Below are positions 9,712-18,424 of a DNA stretch of 64,000 nucleotides, one piece after another. The translations under genes and the position numbers were made by a program. A model generated the notes under the pieces. The model saw nothing but the letters and a program-made list of their open reading frames with translations. It had not been told where the DNA came from and made no database searches. Source of the stretch: Thermoplasmata archaeon (GTDB lineage Archaea; Thermoplasmatota; Thermoplasmata; Lutacidiplasmatales; UBA184); contig JBKQNC010000011.1 in assembly GCA_052326445.1 (NCBI GenBank), positions 65,229 to 129,228 on the forward strand. Reading direction: 5' to 3'. Every line of letters begins with the position of its first letter. Position 1 is the first letter of the stretch.

Positions 9712-10605
9712 TCAGGTCGACCCGTGGAGTAGGGTGGCGATGCGGCGGGCGAGGGGACCGACCGGCCGCCGCTGGAAGAGATTCCGGCCGATGCAGATCC
9801 CTCCTCCGCCCGCCGTGACGCTCTCCTCGACCAACCGGAGGAAGGCGGACTCGGGGTCGACCCGGACCCCGCCGCCGATCAGGACGGGCACGGGCGTGCT
9901 TCGGCACAGGCGACGGAACTCCTCGAGCGAGCCGGGGTAGCTGGTCTTGACGATGTCCGCCCCGAGGTCCGCCGCCGCGCGGGCGGCGTGACGCAGTTCG
10001 TCCGCCGTTCCCCCGTTCTCCTTCTTGACGTAGGCCATGCAGAGGAGCGGCAGACCCAACTGCCGGCACTGGTCGGAGGCGATCCCGAGGTCGGTCAGCA
10101 TGTCCGGCTCCTCGGGGACGCCGAAGTTCACCTGGAGGGACAAGAGGTCCGCCCCGAGACTGACCGCCTCGCTCGCGGTGGCGACGAGCACCTTGCGATT
10201 GGCGGTGGGGCCGAGGGTCGTCGAGGCCGAGACATGGATTCCGAGCCGGGTCGACGGAGCCAGGATCGGGGCGACCTCCCGCACGGCCCCCTTCGTGACG
10301 ATCAGGAGGTCCACGCCCCCGTCCTGCAGCTCCTGGGCGAGCGGGGCCAGCTCCTCGAGTCCGTCGATCGGGCCCATCGTCACGGCGTGGTCGAGCGGCA
10401 CCGAAAAGAGCCGCCGCCGCGGGTCCGGGAACAGTCGGCGCAGTCGGATCGATTTTCCGTACGTGTTTATCCCCTCCTTGTTTGTTTTCGAGGAAGACGT
10501 GGGAGGGGCCCGGCCCGCGGGAGCGCGGGGTAGGTCGGGGGGGCGCCCTCCCGGCGCCTCCCAATCACCAGAGCCAGGTTCGGATGGCCGATCGGCCCAC
10601 GCCAC
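9712..10605 (-). CDS. aroA': 2-amino-3,7-dideoxy-D-threo-hept-6-ulosonate synthase (ADH synthase, class-I aldolase DhnA family). The start is uncertain: the conserved core begins near 10470, with no canonical start codon after the strong SD
   Basis: …GKSIRLRRLF…RRLFSVPLDHAVTMGPIDGL…ADIVKTSYPGS…GGGVR match MJ0400-type aldolases. An AAGGAGGGG Shine-Dalgarno lies immediately 5' of …ATAAACACGTACGGAAAATCG. Confidence 0.7.
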   Translation of the reverse strand: MAWADRPSEPGSGDWEAPGGRPPDLPRAPAGRAPPTSSSKTNKEGINTYGKSIRLRRLFPDPRRRLFSVPLDHAVTMGPIDGLEELAPLAQELQDGGVDLLIVTKGAVREVAPILAPSTRLGIHVSASTTLGPTANRKVLVATASEAVSLGADLLSLQVNFGVPEEPDMLTDLGIASDQCRQLGLPLLCMAYVKKENGGTADELRHAARAAADLGADIVKTSYPGSLEEFRRLCRSTPVPVLIGGGVRVDPESAFLRLVEESVTAGGGGICIGRNLFQRRPVGPLARRIATLLHGST

Positions 10606-10658
10606 CCGCGACGCAGGTTGAGGGCGCGTCCGTCATCGGCGAATCCATCCTCCGGGTT

Positions 10659-11390
10659 CTATTTAGGCTTGATTGGGCCGGCGGTTGCCGCGAGCACGCC
10701 GTCCACGAGCAATGCGTGGAGCGCGAACCCCCGGAGCATCTGGTCCCACATCAGATGACGGATCTCGGGGGTCGAGGCGAACCCCGCGACGATCTGACCG
10801 ATCCACTCACTGTGCTCAACGTCGGCCGTGACGTGGAGTTTGTAGTACTCGAGGTGGGCGTCGTCCACCCCGTAGTGCTTCTGGAAGGCGGGAAGCAGCC
10901 GCGCGCAGAGGGGAACGTTCGGAGGCTCGGAGGAACCTGCGGCCGACACGTAGAAGGTCTGGGTCCGGTTCGTGTAAAGGAAGTCGTCGATCGCGAGCAT
11001 CGTGGTGGGGAGGAGGGGCGTGGATTGGACCTCCTTCCTCGGAACCCCGAGTCCCTCGCAGAATCGGAGCCAGAGTTCGGGGTGCCCCGGTTCCTTCCCC
11101 TTGGGGTCGCCCGCCTCCTCCACGAGCTGGTCGAGGATCATGCGTCGGTAGCGGTCGTTCTGGGGTTCCCAGGAACAGTTCGCGAACCGCTCCGCCATCG
11201 CGATCGGCACGGAGGCGAGCCACGGGTAGAACTGCTTGACCCACGCCTGGACCACCGGTTTCGGTACCTCGCCTTTTTCGAGGCGAGCGAAGAACGGATG
11301 GGTCGCGAAGGGGTGGTTGGCCAACTTGTACTTGGTGAGCTCGTCGCGGAACTTCTCGCCCTCGAACCGAACCCAGGGAGCCTCGGTCAT
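10659..11390 (-). CDS. TenA/PqqC-like (heme-oxygenase-fold) protein
   Basis: 243 aa with real-gene composition (F/Y/W/K-rich, unlike the antisense junk) and TenA/PqqC-like helical pattern motifs (HPF…, W…YY…). Confidence 0.55.
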   Translation of the reverse strand: MTEAPWVRFEGEKFRDELTKYKLANHPFATHPFFARLEKGEVPKPVVQAWVKQFYPWLASVPIAMAERFANCSWEPQNDRYRRMILDQLVEEAGDPKGKEPGHPELWLRFCEGLGVPRKEVQSTPLLPTTMLAIDDFLYTNRTQTFYVSAAGSSEPPNVPLCARLLPAFQKHYGVDDAHLEYYKLHVTADVEHSEWIGQIVAGFASTPEIRHLMWDQMLRGFALHALLVDGVLAATAGPIKPK

Positions 11391-11432
11391 CGGTCGTTCG
11401 ACCGGGCCGGCCTATTTGGTCCCCGAGGTTCC

Positions 11433-12791
11433 GTGCTGAACCCCCCGGGTTATCGAGGCCGGGTCGGCTCTTCGCCCGTGTCCAAGTCCGCCGCGGGCGC
11501 GCCGCCCGTCCCTCCGTTCGGTCCTCTCGCGGGCCTCCGAGTCCTCGAATCGGCCCGGTTCGTCGCCGGCCCGTGGGCGGCCACCTACCTCGGCGAATTC
11601 GGAGCCCGGGTGATCCATGTGGAGGGTGCGCCGTTCGAGCCACCGTACGCGGATGCGACCCGGACCCTGCGTCCGCTCGTCTCGGGGGAGAACCCCGCGG
11701 ACCAGGTCTCCGAGTCGTGGGTACAGTACTCCCGGAACAAGCTCTCGGTCGGCATGGACGTGCGGACCCCAGAGGGCCGCACGGTGTTCCTCGACCTCAT
11801 TCGGGAATCCGACATCTGGATCGAGTCCTCGCGTCCCGGAACGTACGACCGGCTCCAGCTGTCCGATGCCGAGCTCTGGAAAGCCAACCCCCGATTGACG
11901 ATCGTGCACGTCTCGGGGTACGGGCAGACGGGCGACCCGGCGCGGGTCGGCGCCCCGTCGTATGACCTCACCGCCCAGGCGTTCAGTGGGTTCCTCGCCC
12001 TTCAGGGCGAACCGGACCCGGCGCCCCCGGCGCGGAGCGGGACGGCCCTGAACGACACGGTCACCGGTCTCGCGGCGGCCATGGGGGGCCTGATGGGATA
12101 CTTCTCCGCCGAACGGACCGGTCGCGGCCAGGCGGTGGACGTCGCGCAGTACGAGGTGTTCTTCATCTTGCTCGAGAACCTCGCCCTCGACTACTTCCTC
12201 CGAGGAGTTGTGCGAGCACGTCACGGGACCGCCCACTCGCGGTTGCATCCCTACGACCTCCATCGGGCGGCCGACGGATGGGTCGTGGTGGCGGCCCCCA
12301 CCCCCGACGGATGGGCGCGGCTCCGGGATTTGATCGGGTTCCACGACCCGGCGTTCGATGACCGGGACTACCGGCTGGCGCACCGTGGGCCTGTCGACCG
12401 TGCCATCGCCGAGTTCTGTCGGACCCGGACCCGCACGGAGCTCGAACGTCTCGCGGCCGAGCACGATGTGGCCATCTCCCGGATCTTCGATATCGCCGAC
12501 ATTGCGCGAGACCCCCACTATCGGGCCCGGGGGATGTTCGTCGAGTGGGACGACCCCGTGGCGGGTCGGGTCAAGGGGGCCGGAGTCGCACCCCGGTTCT
12601 CCACGACCCCGGGCGGGGTCTGGCGAGGGGCGCCGTGGCTCGGACAAGACAATGAAGCGGTCCTCGCCGGCATCCTTGGGTATCCTCCCGAACGGATCGC
12701 CCGGTTGCGAAAGGAAGGGATCATCGGGGAGCACCCTCCCGCGGGGGGCCCCTCTCAAGCTCCGGCCTTCTTTGCGAAGGAGAAGGTCTAG
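11433..12791 (+). CDS. CoA-transferase family III (CaiB/BaiF-like)
   Basis: LAGLRVLE…GPWAATYLGEFGARVIHVE… is the N-terminal signature of family III CoA-transferases. GTG start at 11433; alternate start at 11478. Confidence 0.75.
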   Translation: MLNPPGYRGRVGSSPVSKSAAGAPPVPPFGPLAGLRVLESARFVAGPWAATYLGEFGARVIHVEGAPFEPPYADATRTLRPLVSGENPADQVSESWVQYSRNKLSVGMDVRTPEGRTVFLDLIRESDIWIESSRPGTYDRLQLSDAELWKANPRLTIVHVSGYGQTGDPARVGAPSYDLTAQAFSGFLALQGEPDPAPPARSGTALNDTVTGLAAAMGGLMGYFSAERTGRGQAVDVAQYEVFFILLENLALDYFLRGVVRARHGTAHSRLHPYDLHRAADGWVVVAAPTPDGWARLRDLIGFHDPAFDDRDYRLAHRGPVDRAIAEFCRTRTRTELERLAAEHDVAISRIFDIADIARDPHYRARGMFVEWDDPVAGRVKGAGVAPRFSTTPGGVWRGAPWLGQDNEAVLAGILGYPPERIARLRKEGIIGEHPPAGGPSQAPAFFAKEKV

Positions 12792-13973
12792 ATGCTCGTG
12801 CGCGGGGAGCTTCCACCGGACCCACTCGCCGCCGAGCTCGACCGGTTCATCGACCAGCATCATCTCGGGGACCGCTCCCGGGAGCTCGACCGCGACCCGG
12901 CTTTCCCCCGCCGGGAATACGAAGCGATGGGAGCCGCCGACTGGCTCGGCCTGAGCACTCCCTCGGCCTCCGGGGGCCGCGGACTGTCGCTCCCCCGCGC
13001 GGGCGCGTTGCTCTACCGGCTGGCCTACCGTTCGGGGACGGTGTTTGCCAAACTCGCGCTCCAGCCCGAGTTCTCTTCCGTCCTCCGGGAACACGGGAGC
13101 CCGGAACTCCAGGAGACGTGGTACCGACCGCTCTGCCGGGGACTCCGCCTCGTGAGCAACCAGATTACCGAACCCACAGCGGGTTCCGACGCCCAGGCGC
13201 TCGCCCTCGCAGCCCGACGCGAGGGGGACGTATACCTTCTGTCGGGAACGAAATCCGAAGTGGCTCTCGCGGAAGCCGCCGAGGCCGCCATCGTCTACGG
13301 CCGGGTCGGCGAAGAAGGGTCCGGTGGGATCACGGCGTTCCTGGTCCCCCAGTCGCTTCCGGGGATCGAGCGGACGCGCTCCGCCCGAGACCTCGGTGAG
13401 CATTGGCAGCAGCGTGGCACCGTCCGGTATACGAACGTGCGGGTGCCGGCGGACCACCGACTCGGCGCGGAGGGACGGGGGTTCGAGTACGTTCGTCCCG
13501 AGCTGACCCGCGAGCGGGTCCTTCTCGCGACCATTTACCTCGGGGTCGGTCGCGCCTCGTGGGAGGAGGTCGTCTCGTATGTGGGGACTCGCTCCGCCTT
13601 CGGGCGGCCCCTTTCCTCGCAGGAAGGGGTGGCCTTCCCCCTGGTGGAGGACGGGTCCTACCTTGAATCCGCGGGGCTCTACGTCGCGCGTACGCTGGAG
13701 CGACTCGAACGGGGCGAGGAGGTGGACGCGGACGCCGCCCTCGCGAAGTGGATGGCGACCGACACCGCCCTCCGGGCGATCGACCACGCGATCCAATTCT
13801 GCGGCGGGCGCGGATATTCCGGCGAACTCCCCCACGAGCAGCGCTGGAGGGATGTGCGAAGTGGAGCCATCGCACACGGACCCTCGGAGATCATGCATGT
13901 CGTGGCGGCGCATGCCCTGTGGCCGCGTCCTCCGAAGGCGTCGGACCGAACGAAGGCGCCCAACACGGGCTGA
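12792..13973 (+). CDS. Acyl-CoA dehydrogenase family protein
   Basis: The ACAD fold motifs (…ITEPTAGSDAQAL…, catalytic C-terminal helices, …QFCGGRGY…) are present. The ATG overlaps the upstream stop (TAGATG). Confidence 0.8.
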   Translation: MLVRGELPPDPLAAELDRFIDQHHLGDRSRELDRDPAFPRREYEAMGAADWLGLSTPSASGGRGLSLPRAGALLYRLAYRSGTVFAKLALQPEFSSVLREHGSPELQETWYRPLCRGLRLVSNQITEPTAGSDAQALALAARREGDVYLLSGTKSEVALAEAAEAAIVYGRVGEEGSGGITAFLVPQSLPGIERTRSARDLGEHWQQRGTVRYTNVRVPADHRLGAEGRGFEYVRPELTRERVLLATIYLGVGRASWEEVVSYVGTRSAFGRPLSSQEGVAFPLVEDGSYLESAGLYVARTLERLERGEEVDADAALAKWMATDTALRAIDHAIQFCGGRGYSGELPHEQRWRDVRSGAIAHGPSEIMHVVAAHALWPRPPKASDRTKAPNTG

Positions 13974-13983
13974 GGACCGGTCG

Positions 13984-14574
13984 ATGGCGACCGCCCAACT
14001 AGTGTCGGTGAACGTGGCTCTCCCGCGGGAGGTCCCGTGGCGGGGGAGACGGATCCGTACCGGTTTCTTCAAGGAGCCGGCGACAGGAACGAGACAGGTT
14101 CGGTCCGAGGGCTTGGAGGGCGACGGGGTAGGCGACCCCCATTCCCACGGGGGACCTCGCAAATGTGTCTATGCCTATCCGAGCGAGCACTACCCGTATT
14201 GGTGCGGCGAACTGGGCCTGGAGCGGTTACCGTGGGGAAGTTTCGGGGAGAACCTCTCCTTGCGCGGGGTGACCGAGTCCGACGTTCGCCCGGGAGACCG
14301 TCTCGAGGTCGGCACCGCCCTTTTCGAGGTGACCCAGCCGCGAACCCCGTGCTTCAAGATGAACCTCCGGTTCGGCCGGGAGGACATGGTGCGACGTTTT
14401 GCCCGCGCCGGGCGGTCCGGGTTTTACCTCGGGGTCGTGCGACCCGGAGCGCTCGCGGCGGGCGACCAAGTACTCTTCCATCTCGGAACCGGGGTTGGGC
14501 CGACCATCGACGAACAGTTCCGCGCCAGCATGCAGCGCCCGGTGGATCCCGCCGCCGAGTTCGAGGACGAGTGA
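13984..14574 (+). CDS. MOSC domain protein (YiiM-like)
   Basis: …GDGVGDPHSHGGPRKCVYAYPSEHYPYW…VTQPRTPCFKMN… are MOSC/YiiM signatures. Confidence 0.75.
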   Translation: MATAQLVSVNVALPREVPWRGRRIRTGFFKEPATGTRQVRSEGLEGDGVGDPHSHGGPRKCVYAYPSEHYPYWCGELGLERLPWGSFGENLSLRGVTESDVRPGDRLEVGTALFEVTQPRTPCFKMNLRFGREDMVRRFARAGRSGFYLGVVRPGALAAGDQVLFHLGTGVGPTIDEQFRASMQRPVDPAAEFEDE

Positions 14575-14728
14575 GCGGGGGCTCCCCCCCACGGCGTGCC
14601 TATGGCCGGGTGGAATACGCCGTGCTCCCCGAGGGGAGGGCGCGTCGGGCGGGCCCTATTTTCGGCTCTCGGAGGGGTCCTCGGTCAACCCAAAGGAGCT
14701 AAACCCTCCCGCGGTTCGCCTCGCCGTT

Positions 14729-15016
14729 ATGCCAGGCATCGCGACCCTCCGAGCGAACTCGAATGCGACGTTCATCGCCACGATCACCGCCGTCTCCGCT
14801 CCGCGCGAAGTGACGACCTCCCGCGGCACCTCCAAGGTCGCGGACGCCACCCTCCAAGATGAGACGGGCACCACCACGCTCACGCTCTGGGGCGAGGACA
14901 TTCAGAAGTACACCGTGGGACAGAAGGTCCAGATCACGGACGGCTGGGTCAAGGACTTCCGCGGGAAGCTCCAGGTCTCGATGGGGCGGTCGGGAAAGAT
15001 CGCCATCGTCCCGTAA
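14729..15016 (+). CDS. Small OB-fold nucleic-acid-binding (SSB/RPA-like) protein, paralog 1
   Basis: 95 aa with the OB-fold pattern …ATLQDETGTTTLTLWGEDIQKYTVGQKVQITDGWVKDFRGKLQVS. Clear paralog of 37295..37615. Confidence 0.6.
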   Translation: MPGIATLRANSNATFIATITAVSAPREVTTSRGTSKVADATLQDETGTTTLTLWGEDIQKYTVGQKVQITDGWVKDFRGKLQVSMGRSGKIAIVP

Positions 15017-15091
15017 GCGTCGACTCACCACTTCCGACCCGACCGAGTCGGGCCCGACCGCGGTCTCGTCGGCCGCCGCCGAAGGAAGCTC

Positions 15092-15097
15092 TATCTA
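15092..15097 (+). promoter_or_regulatory. TATA-like box (TATCTA) about 25 nt upstream of the ATG at 15119
   Basis: The identical motif sits at identical spacing before the paralog at 15573. Confidence 0.45.
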
Positions 15098-15118
15098 AAC
15101 GGAGTCGATGAAGGCCTC

Positions 15119-15418
15119 ATGGCGTCGGCCCTCCGGGTACTGGGGATTGTGGGGGCGATCCTGATCCTGGCGGGCTTTGCAATCGTGGGTTTCGGTCTCC
15201 TGAACGAGGCGGCCGCCGAAAGCACCGCGATTAATTGCACGGGGAGCCACTGTCAATCCGCCGACCAAAACGCCACGAATGCGAGCTTACAAGCGAGTTC
15301 GTTCCTCGGCATCGGTTTTGTTTCCGCGGGCGTCGGGGTCGCCTGCACCCTCAGTTCGGCGGTCGTCCTCATGGGTCGCTGGCCACCCCCTCCCGGCCCG
15401 TTCCGGTTTCCGCCCTAG
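15119..15418 (+). CDS. Small two-TM membrane protein with Cys-pair glycosylated loop, paralog A
   Basis: N-terminal TM, a loop …ESTAINCTGSHCQSADQNATNAS… with N-x-T/S sequons, then a second TM. Paralog of 15573..15959. Confidence 0.6.
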   Translation: MASALRVLGIVGAILILAGFAIVGFGLLNEAAAESTAINCTGSHCQSADQNATNASLQASSFLGIGFVSAGVGVACTLSSAVVLMGRWPPPPGPFRFPP

Positions 15419-15545
15419 GGCCCTCCCTGACGGTCCTCGGGGCCCCTCGGTTTCGCCGCGCCCGATGGCGAGTTCGACCTCCCCGCGGTTGCGGCTCCCC
15501 ACGAGTTCCTACGGAACGGGTTCTCCGGTCGGGCGAGAGAAGGTG

Positions 15546-15551
15546 TATCTA
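15546..15551 (+). promoter_or_regulatory. TATA-like box (TATCTA) about 25 nt upstream of the ATG at 15573
   Basis: Duplicated promoter architecture with 15092..15097. Confidence 0.45.
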
Positions 15552-15572
15552 GCCCCACCCCATCGTGGGGAC

Positions 15573-15959
15573 ATGGCTCGGCCGGGCGTTTCCTTGGGTG
15601 TCCTCGGAGCTGTCCTCATCATGGTCGGTCTGGTTCTCTTCGGAATTGGACTCTTGGTGGAGTCGAATGCGGAGCAGACCGAGATCAACTGCATTTACGG
15701 CGGGAATCCCTCCAACTGTCAGGCGACCGATAGTACGGCGGCGAACACGTCGGTCGATGCGGTCTCCATCCTCGGTACAGGCCTCATCGTGGCCGGCGTG
15801 GGTGCGGCGATGACCGTGATTGCCATGCTCGGCATCATGACCACCCGACTCGAGACCCCTCCGCCCATGATGATGCCCACGTCCCCTTCCGTTCCCCCCG
15901 GCAGCACGGCCCCCCCTCCCTCCCTTCCTCCCTCGTACCCCCCACCTCCGGCGACCTGA
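15573..15959 (+). CDS. Small two-TM membrane protein, paralog B, with Pro-rich C-terminal tail
   Basis: …LLVESNAEQTEINCIYGGNPSNCQATDSTAANTS… is the same architecture as paralog A, plus a PPPMMMPTSPSVPPGSTAPPPSLPPSYPPPPAT tail. Confidence 0.6.
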   Translation: MARPGVSLGVLGAVLIMVGLVLFGIGLLVESNAEQTEINCIYGGNPSNCQATDSTAANTSVDAVSILGTGLIVAGVGAAMTVIAMLGIMTTRLETPPPMMMPTSPSVPPGSTAPPPSLPPSYPPPPAT

Positions 15960-15996
15960 TCGGACCACCACCGAGGTATCCGGCGGGGTTGAGCGG

Positions 15997-16563
15997 TCAC
16001 GCGCTCGGGGGGTCTCGACCCGCCGGTCGAGCGGCGATCCGTTTCCCCATTAGTATCTCACCCCAAACGACCCTCATCCGGCTTCGGAGCCCCCACGCAC
16101 CGAGACCCCCCTCCCGATAGCCGAGTTCCTTTCGCTCGACCAATCGGAACCCTCGCGAACGGAACAGTGCGATCGAGGGGACGTTTCCCTCTTCGGCCGC
16201 GGCGTAGACGACCTCCACGCCGGCCCGTTGGAAGAGGGCGAGGGCGTCATCCAAGAGGACTCGACCCAGTCCCTTGGCCCGGTGGGATTTCGCTACGGCC
16301 AGATAGTAGACGTACCCGACCTCCGGGACCAGGCGCTCCAACATCGACACGGCCACGACCCGCCCCTCCCGGCGGATCGCACGTACCTGGGACGCTTCCC
16401 GGAGGGTCCGCTTCGCGTGCCATCGGTAGATCCCTTCGAAGGAATCGATGATCACCGGTACGGCCTCTTCCCGGTCGGCGGGAAGGAGATCCGCCGGGGG
16501 GGTGGGTGCGGCCTCCGTCACACCGGCATCCCGGAAACCGGCGGGGTCGGCCGCGGTCGGCAC
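15997..16563 (-). CDS. GNAT family N-acetyltransferase
   Basis: …VAVAKSHRAKGLGRVLLDDAL… is the acetyl-CoA binding motif (R/Q-x-x-G-x-G/A). Confidence 0.7.
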   Translation of the reverse strand: MPTAADPAGFRDAGVTEAAPTPPADLLPADREEAVPVIIDSFEGIYRWHAKRTLREASQVRAIRREGRVVAVSMLERLVPEVGYVYYLAVAKSHRAKGLGRVLLDDALALFQRAGVEVVYAAAEEGNVPSIALFRSRGFRLVERKELGYREGGLGAWGLRSRMRVVWGEILMGKRIAARPAGRDPPSA

Positions 16564-16731
16564 TCAACCGTGGATTCCACGCGCTCGGGTAGGCCTGACG
16601 GGCTATGGAATTTGCCGCTGCGTCGAGTCGTCCCACGGTCTCGGCCGATCACCCCTCCTGTCCCCCCGACAGACCGGGGGAACCGCTAAGGCAAAGGTCG
16701 CCGTGGACCGAGGGCAGGAGGGCTAGCGATC

Positions 16732-17277
16732 GTGACCGGTAGCCCCGGGCCGGACCGGGATCAACAGGCCCGGAAGCTCCAGATCGGGTTTGTTTCGGTA
16801 TGGCTCGTGGTGGGAGCTGTCATACTCGGCGGGTTGACCCTCATTCCGCCCTCCGCCACTCCCCTCGGGCCGTCGTCGCCCAGTTCGTATCTTGACTCGG
16901 CGATCCCGACCGGCACCAACTTCTCCTTCGAGTTCTCGATCGCGATCCCGATCTACCGCGCCAACCTCACCGGGCCGTACGGCAGCCCCACGGTGCCGGT
17001 CCTCATCTCGGGGAACTGGACGTCCACGGCTCCCACGTGGACCGGAGCCCGCGTCGGGGAGTCGGGCGCCACCCCCTGCCTTCTGGTCGTCTTTTGTGAA
17101 GGGCAGGGAAACCAATCGGGACCCCTTCACCTTACGATCGAAGCACCCACGCAACAGTCCTCCGAACCCGGCATCGCTTTTGTGGTCCTGTACCTCGAGT
17201 TCTGGGCCGAGGGGAACGACGTCGTCACGGTCACCTCACCGATTGGAGCGGCTGAAGTCAGCGTGCTCCCGGGATAG
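16732..17277 (+). CDS. Hypothetical membrane-anchored secreted protein
   Basis: N-terminal TM anchor, N-x-T/S sequons, and non-junk composition. Confidence 0.5.
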   Translation: MTGSPGPDRDQQARKLQIGFVSVWLVVGAVILGGLTLIPPSATPLGPSSPSSYLDSAIPTGTNFSFEFSIAIPIYRANLTGPYGSPTVPVLISGNWTSTAPTWTGARVGESGATPCLLVVFCEGQGNQSGPLHLTIEAPTQQSSEPGIAFVVLYLEFWAEGNDVVTVTSPIGAAEVSVLPG

Positions 17278-17393
17278 GGCCGTCGCCCCGACCCTGCCTC
17301 CCGAGTTCCCTCCACCACCTGCCAGGGAGCCGGACCGGTAGTGCTCACCGGAAGTGAGTCGTTCCTTTACCTTCCCTACCGATTCCCCTTACC

Positions 17394-17666
17394 ATGGCAC
17401 CACCCCCCGGTTCCGAAAGTGTCTGGCCCGACACGCCGATCTCGGAGACTCTCACCGGCCTTAAGCACCGGATCGTGGCCTCGATCCTGGTTCCGGTCGC
17501 GTGGTTGAGCGCTACGCTCCTCTACCTCGCGTTCTGGGCCCAAGGCTTCAGCCTGTTCCAGAACATCGTTGTCGCCCTCGTGTCGGTTATCGTCCTCATC
17601 GGTGTGATGGCGGGCATCTGGGTTTCGTTCGGGTTTCGGCAGGCTCGGACCTGGATGGAGTGGTAG
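17394..17666 (+). CDS. Small membrane protein (2 TM)
   Basis: 90 aa with two hydrophobic helices and W/F-rich composition. Confidence 0.5.
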   Translation: MAPPPGSESVWPDTPISETLTGLKHRIVASILVPVAWLSATLLYLAFWAQGFSLFQNIVVALVSVIVLIGVMAGIWVSFGFRQARTWMEW

Positions 17667-17815
17667 TCCGGCGTAACGCTTCGGCGCTTCCCCCGCCTCG
17701 GTCGGTCCGACGCGTTCCGAGGGTCCCGGACCCGGAGGCCCCGGACCGATCCGGGAGCCGGGCGCCCCCGGGGGAACGACCGACACCCTTAGGGAGCAGC
17801 GTCCATGGGGCCATC

Positions 17816-18397
17816 GTGAATCCCGCCCCACTTCCTCCCGGGGAAAACGTCGCGAACCCTCCGCTCAGCCTCGCCGACCGTCGTTGGCTCCACGACAAGC
17901 TCGAACGGTTGGCGGCGGAGGAAGGTCAGCTAGCGACCGACCGGACCACCTACTATGCCGCGATCGGAACCGTGCTGATCACCGGGCTCCTGGTCGTCCT
18001 CGCGGACCTGCTCAACGAGCCCACCCTCCTCGCCGTCGCGGTCACCTTCCTCGCGGGACTCGGGATTCTGATCTCCCTCGTCTGGGCCGTTCTCCTGCAT
18101 CGCACCAACGATGCCCAGAACCTATGGCGCGAGGCTGCCCGGTCACTGGAGCGGGACAACCCCCCGCTCGAAGGGGTCTGGAACGCGCCGGTCACCCTCC
18201 GCTCGGGGGAATCCCTGAATCTGAACCTGCTCCGCCCGTATCTGGCCCATGAGGCACGGTTTGCGGACTCGCGCGCGATATCGTGGATGGACCGGGTCGA
18301 TCCCGCCTCGCTGACCGAAGTCCTCCCGTTCACGTTCACGGGGATCTGGAGCGTCGTCCTCGTCATCCTGTGGGTCTGGTATCTCTTCCTTCGGTAG
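17816..18397 (+). CDS. Hypothetical membrane protein; start uncertain (GTG 17816 suggested)
   Basis: TM helices and real-gene composition (Y/W/N). The antisense ORF 17953..18657 is R-rich junk. Confidence 0.5.
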   Translation: MNPAPLPPGENVANPPLSLADRRWLHDKLERLAAEEGQLATDRTTYYAAIGTVLITGLLVVLADLLNEPTLLAVAVTFLAGLGILISLVWAVLLHRTNDAQNLWREAARSLERDNPPLEGVWNAPVTLRSGESLNLNLLRPYLAHEARFADSRAISWMDRVDPASLTEVLPFTFTGIWSVVLVILWVWYLFLR

Positions 18398-18424
18398 GTC
18401 CCCCCGGAGCCCCTCGCGGGAAGC

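Noticed and set aside
10482-11432. N-terminal 317 codons of the 769-aa + ORF
   Set aside because: Antisense to the TenA-like gene. The CoA-transferase homology only begins at ~11433, where in-frame GTG starts exist.
11412-14162. 916-aa minus-strand ORF
   Set aside because: Antisense to the CoA-transferase, acyl-CoA dehydrogenase and MOSC genes, which have clear family signatures. Composition is R/G/P-rich junk.
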